This document shows positions 34,016-35,006 of a stretch of 35,006 bases of DNA, one piece after another. The notes under the pieces are model-generated. The model worked only from the letters and a program-made list of their open reading frames with translations, made no database searches and was not told where the DNA came from. Both the position numbers and the translations under genes were made by a program. Each line of letters opens with the position of its first letter. Within the stretch, counting starts at the first letter, position 1. The stretch is from a virus. Lineage: Duplodnaviria; Heunggongvirae; Uroviricota; Caudoviricetes. The stretch lies in the IMG/VR virus record IMGVR_UViG_2778261448_000009, positions 1-35,006 of that record; one strand, given 5' to 3'.

Positions 34016-34429
34016 TTAAAGAATTTCACGGCAGCTAATCAGGGTATAAGATGTATCACCTTTTTTAACATCAAATATAGGAGAACCATCAATAGAATGC
34101 AGATATTTGATGTAGGATTTACCATCTTCGGAACCATAATATTCTTCTTTCTCGTTCTTATCTTCTTTCAGTTTCGGGCTTTTGATTGTCTTATCATATA
34201 CCGGGTCGTTGAAAGCAAATTGACTATTATCATCATTCACTCGAACTTTCACACCGATAAAACCACGGTATTTGCCAGACGGTGCATGATAATAACGGTC
34301 GCCATCACTCAGGTAGCGTGTATCATCTCCTTTATGTTCGAAGTAGGAATTACACACATAATAGGTATTAGCATTTGCAGCACCAACCAAACCCAGAGCA
34401 AGAACAACACCCGCGATAATCTTTTTCAT
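34016..34429 (-). CDS. secreted protein with cleavable signal peptide, 137 aa (moron-like cargo)
   Basis: MKKIIAGVVLALGLVGAANA followed by a polar mature region with two Cys (near the start and the end); no lipobox; RBS GAGGAAA. Confidence 0.65.
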   Translation of the reverse strand: MKKIIAGVVLALGLVGAANANTYYVCNSYFEHKGDDTRYLSDGDRYYHAPSGKYRGFIGVKVRVNDDNSQFAFNDPVYDKTIKSPKLKEDKNEKEEYYGSEDGKSYIKYLHSIDGSPIFDVKKGDTSYTLISCREIL

Positions 34430-34695
34430 AGTAGAATTTCCTCTTGTTATTTGAATTACGATATATTTATATCATTAAAAATTGATGCTAATTACCAGAC
34501 CAAACACAACCGCACCAATCAAATCAATCCAGTTAATACACAATCCGCTATATTCTTTCTTGAATGTCTTAGATGAAATGCCATCATGAAATTGTTTCAT
34601 TGCTCAACCCATACTAACTACAAGATAAGAAAGACTAATCATGGTTGTGAGACTTCCTCCCACGAATGAGATAAAAGCTAACATGTTTGATTCTC

Positions 34696-34725
34696 CATTT
34701 AAAAAGCGGTGGGAATTGCACCCAC
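34696..34725 (-). terminator. rho-independent terminator for the 34737-35006 gene (coordinates within 1 nt)
   Basis: Minus strand reads GGTGGG-loop-CCCACC followed by GCTTTTT. Confidence 0.55.
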
Positions 34726-34736
34726 CAAATTAGAAA

Positions 34737-35006
34737 TTACTTCTTGCTAATAAACTCTTTGTAGATAAAATCTAAGACTTCCTTTAACTTCTTATCGGTG
34801 CCAATCATTGCCGGAAGTTCTTCTTTAATATCGCGAGGAAGATACACATTACCTTTCCAGAACAAGCAACCACATTGAGCAATCGAATAGCTGAACATCC
34901 ATTCACAATCTTGTTCTATCTCCCAGAATCTAACCTGCTCATCTTCGAGTTGAAGTTCGATTCCACGGCGGCGAGCATAGTTATGGATTGCTTTGGTAAT
35001 GTTCAT
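34737..35006 (-). CDS. hypothetical protein, 89 aa if the ATG at the window edge is the true start; may be N-terminally truncated by the window
   Basis: ORF runs to the last base of the window; its minus-strand terminator lies just downstream. Confidence 0.45.
   Translation of the reverse strand: MNITKAIHNYARRRGIELQLEDEQVRFWEIEQDCEWMFSYSIAQCGCLFWKGNVYLPRDIKEELPAMIGTDKKLKEVLDFIYKEFISKK

Noticed and set aside
34097-34576. 159-aa plus-strand ORF
   Set aside because: It is largely antisense to the signal-peptide protein gene 34016-34429, with a low-complexity translation and no RBS.
1-35006. tRNA or other structured RNA genes
   Set aside because: I found no stretch with cloverleaf-compatible conserved motifs such as a GTTCGAATC-type T-arm; the hairpins seen are simple stem-loops.

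Overview
The window reads as a contiguous stretch of a tailed-phage genome with no obvious bacterial flanks, and its morphogenesis module is lambda-like in gene order. Left arm (1-5521): two minus-strand genes, a 1.3 kb ORF-free structured region with several repeat families (1240-2561), two acidic small proteins, a Rha-family regulator, and a two-gene minus-strand module. Structural block (5607-26771): GpA-type large terminase, portal, a single ORF fusing prohead protease, acidic scaffold and major capsid protein, FII/Z-position small genes, two paralogous V-like tail-tube genes flanking a 1178-aa side fibre with a C-terminal S74 chaperone domain, G/GT chaperones with a likely -1 frameshift, tape measure, M/L/K-like proteins and a J-like tip protein carrying a gpI-like N-terminal segment. 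Right arm (26877-35006): small membrane proteins, an M15-type endolysin, then an accessory region with a T4 UvsW-like helicase, two T5orf172-domain proteins, a large serine recombinase and a signal-peptide protein. The most interesting signal is that the capsid gene and the short tail-tube gene both end in TGA and are each followed, in frame, by a conserved peptide-coding extension and a near-identical terminator, which suggests programmed stop-codon readthrough. No tRNA, rRNA or CRISPR array was recognised. All homology statements are from reading the translations by eye; no database search was run. Coordinates after about 34100 may be off by 1 nt because my line counting disagrees with the ORF track there.
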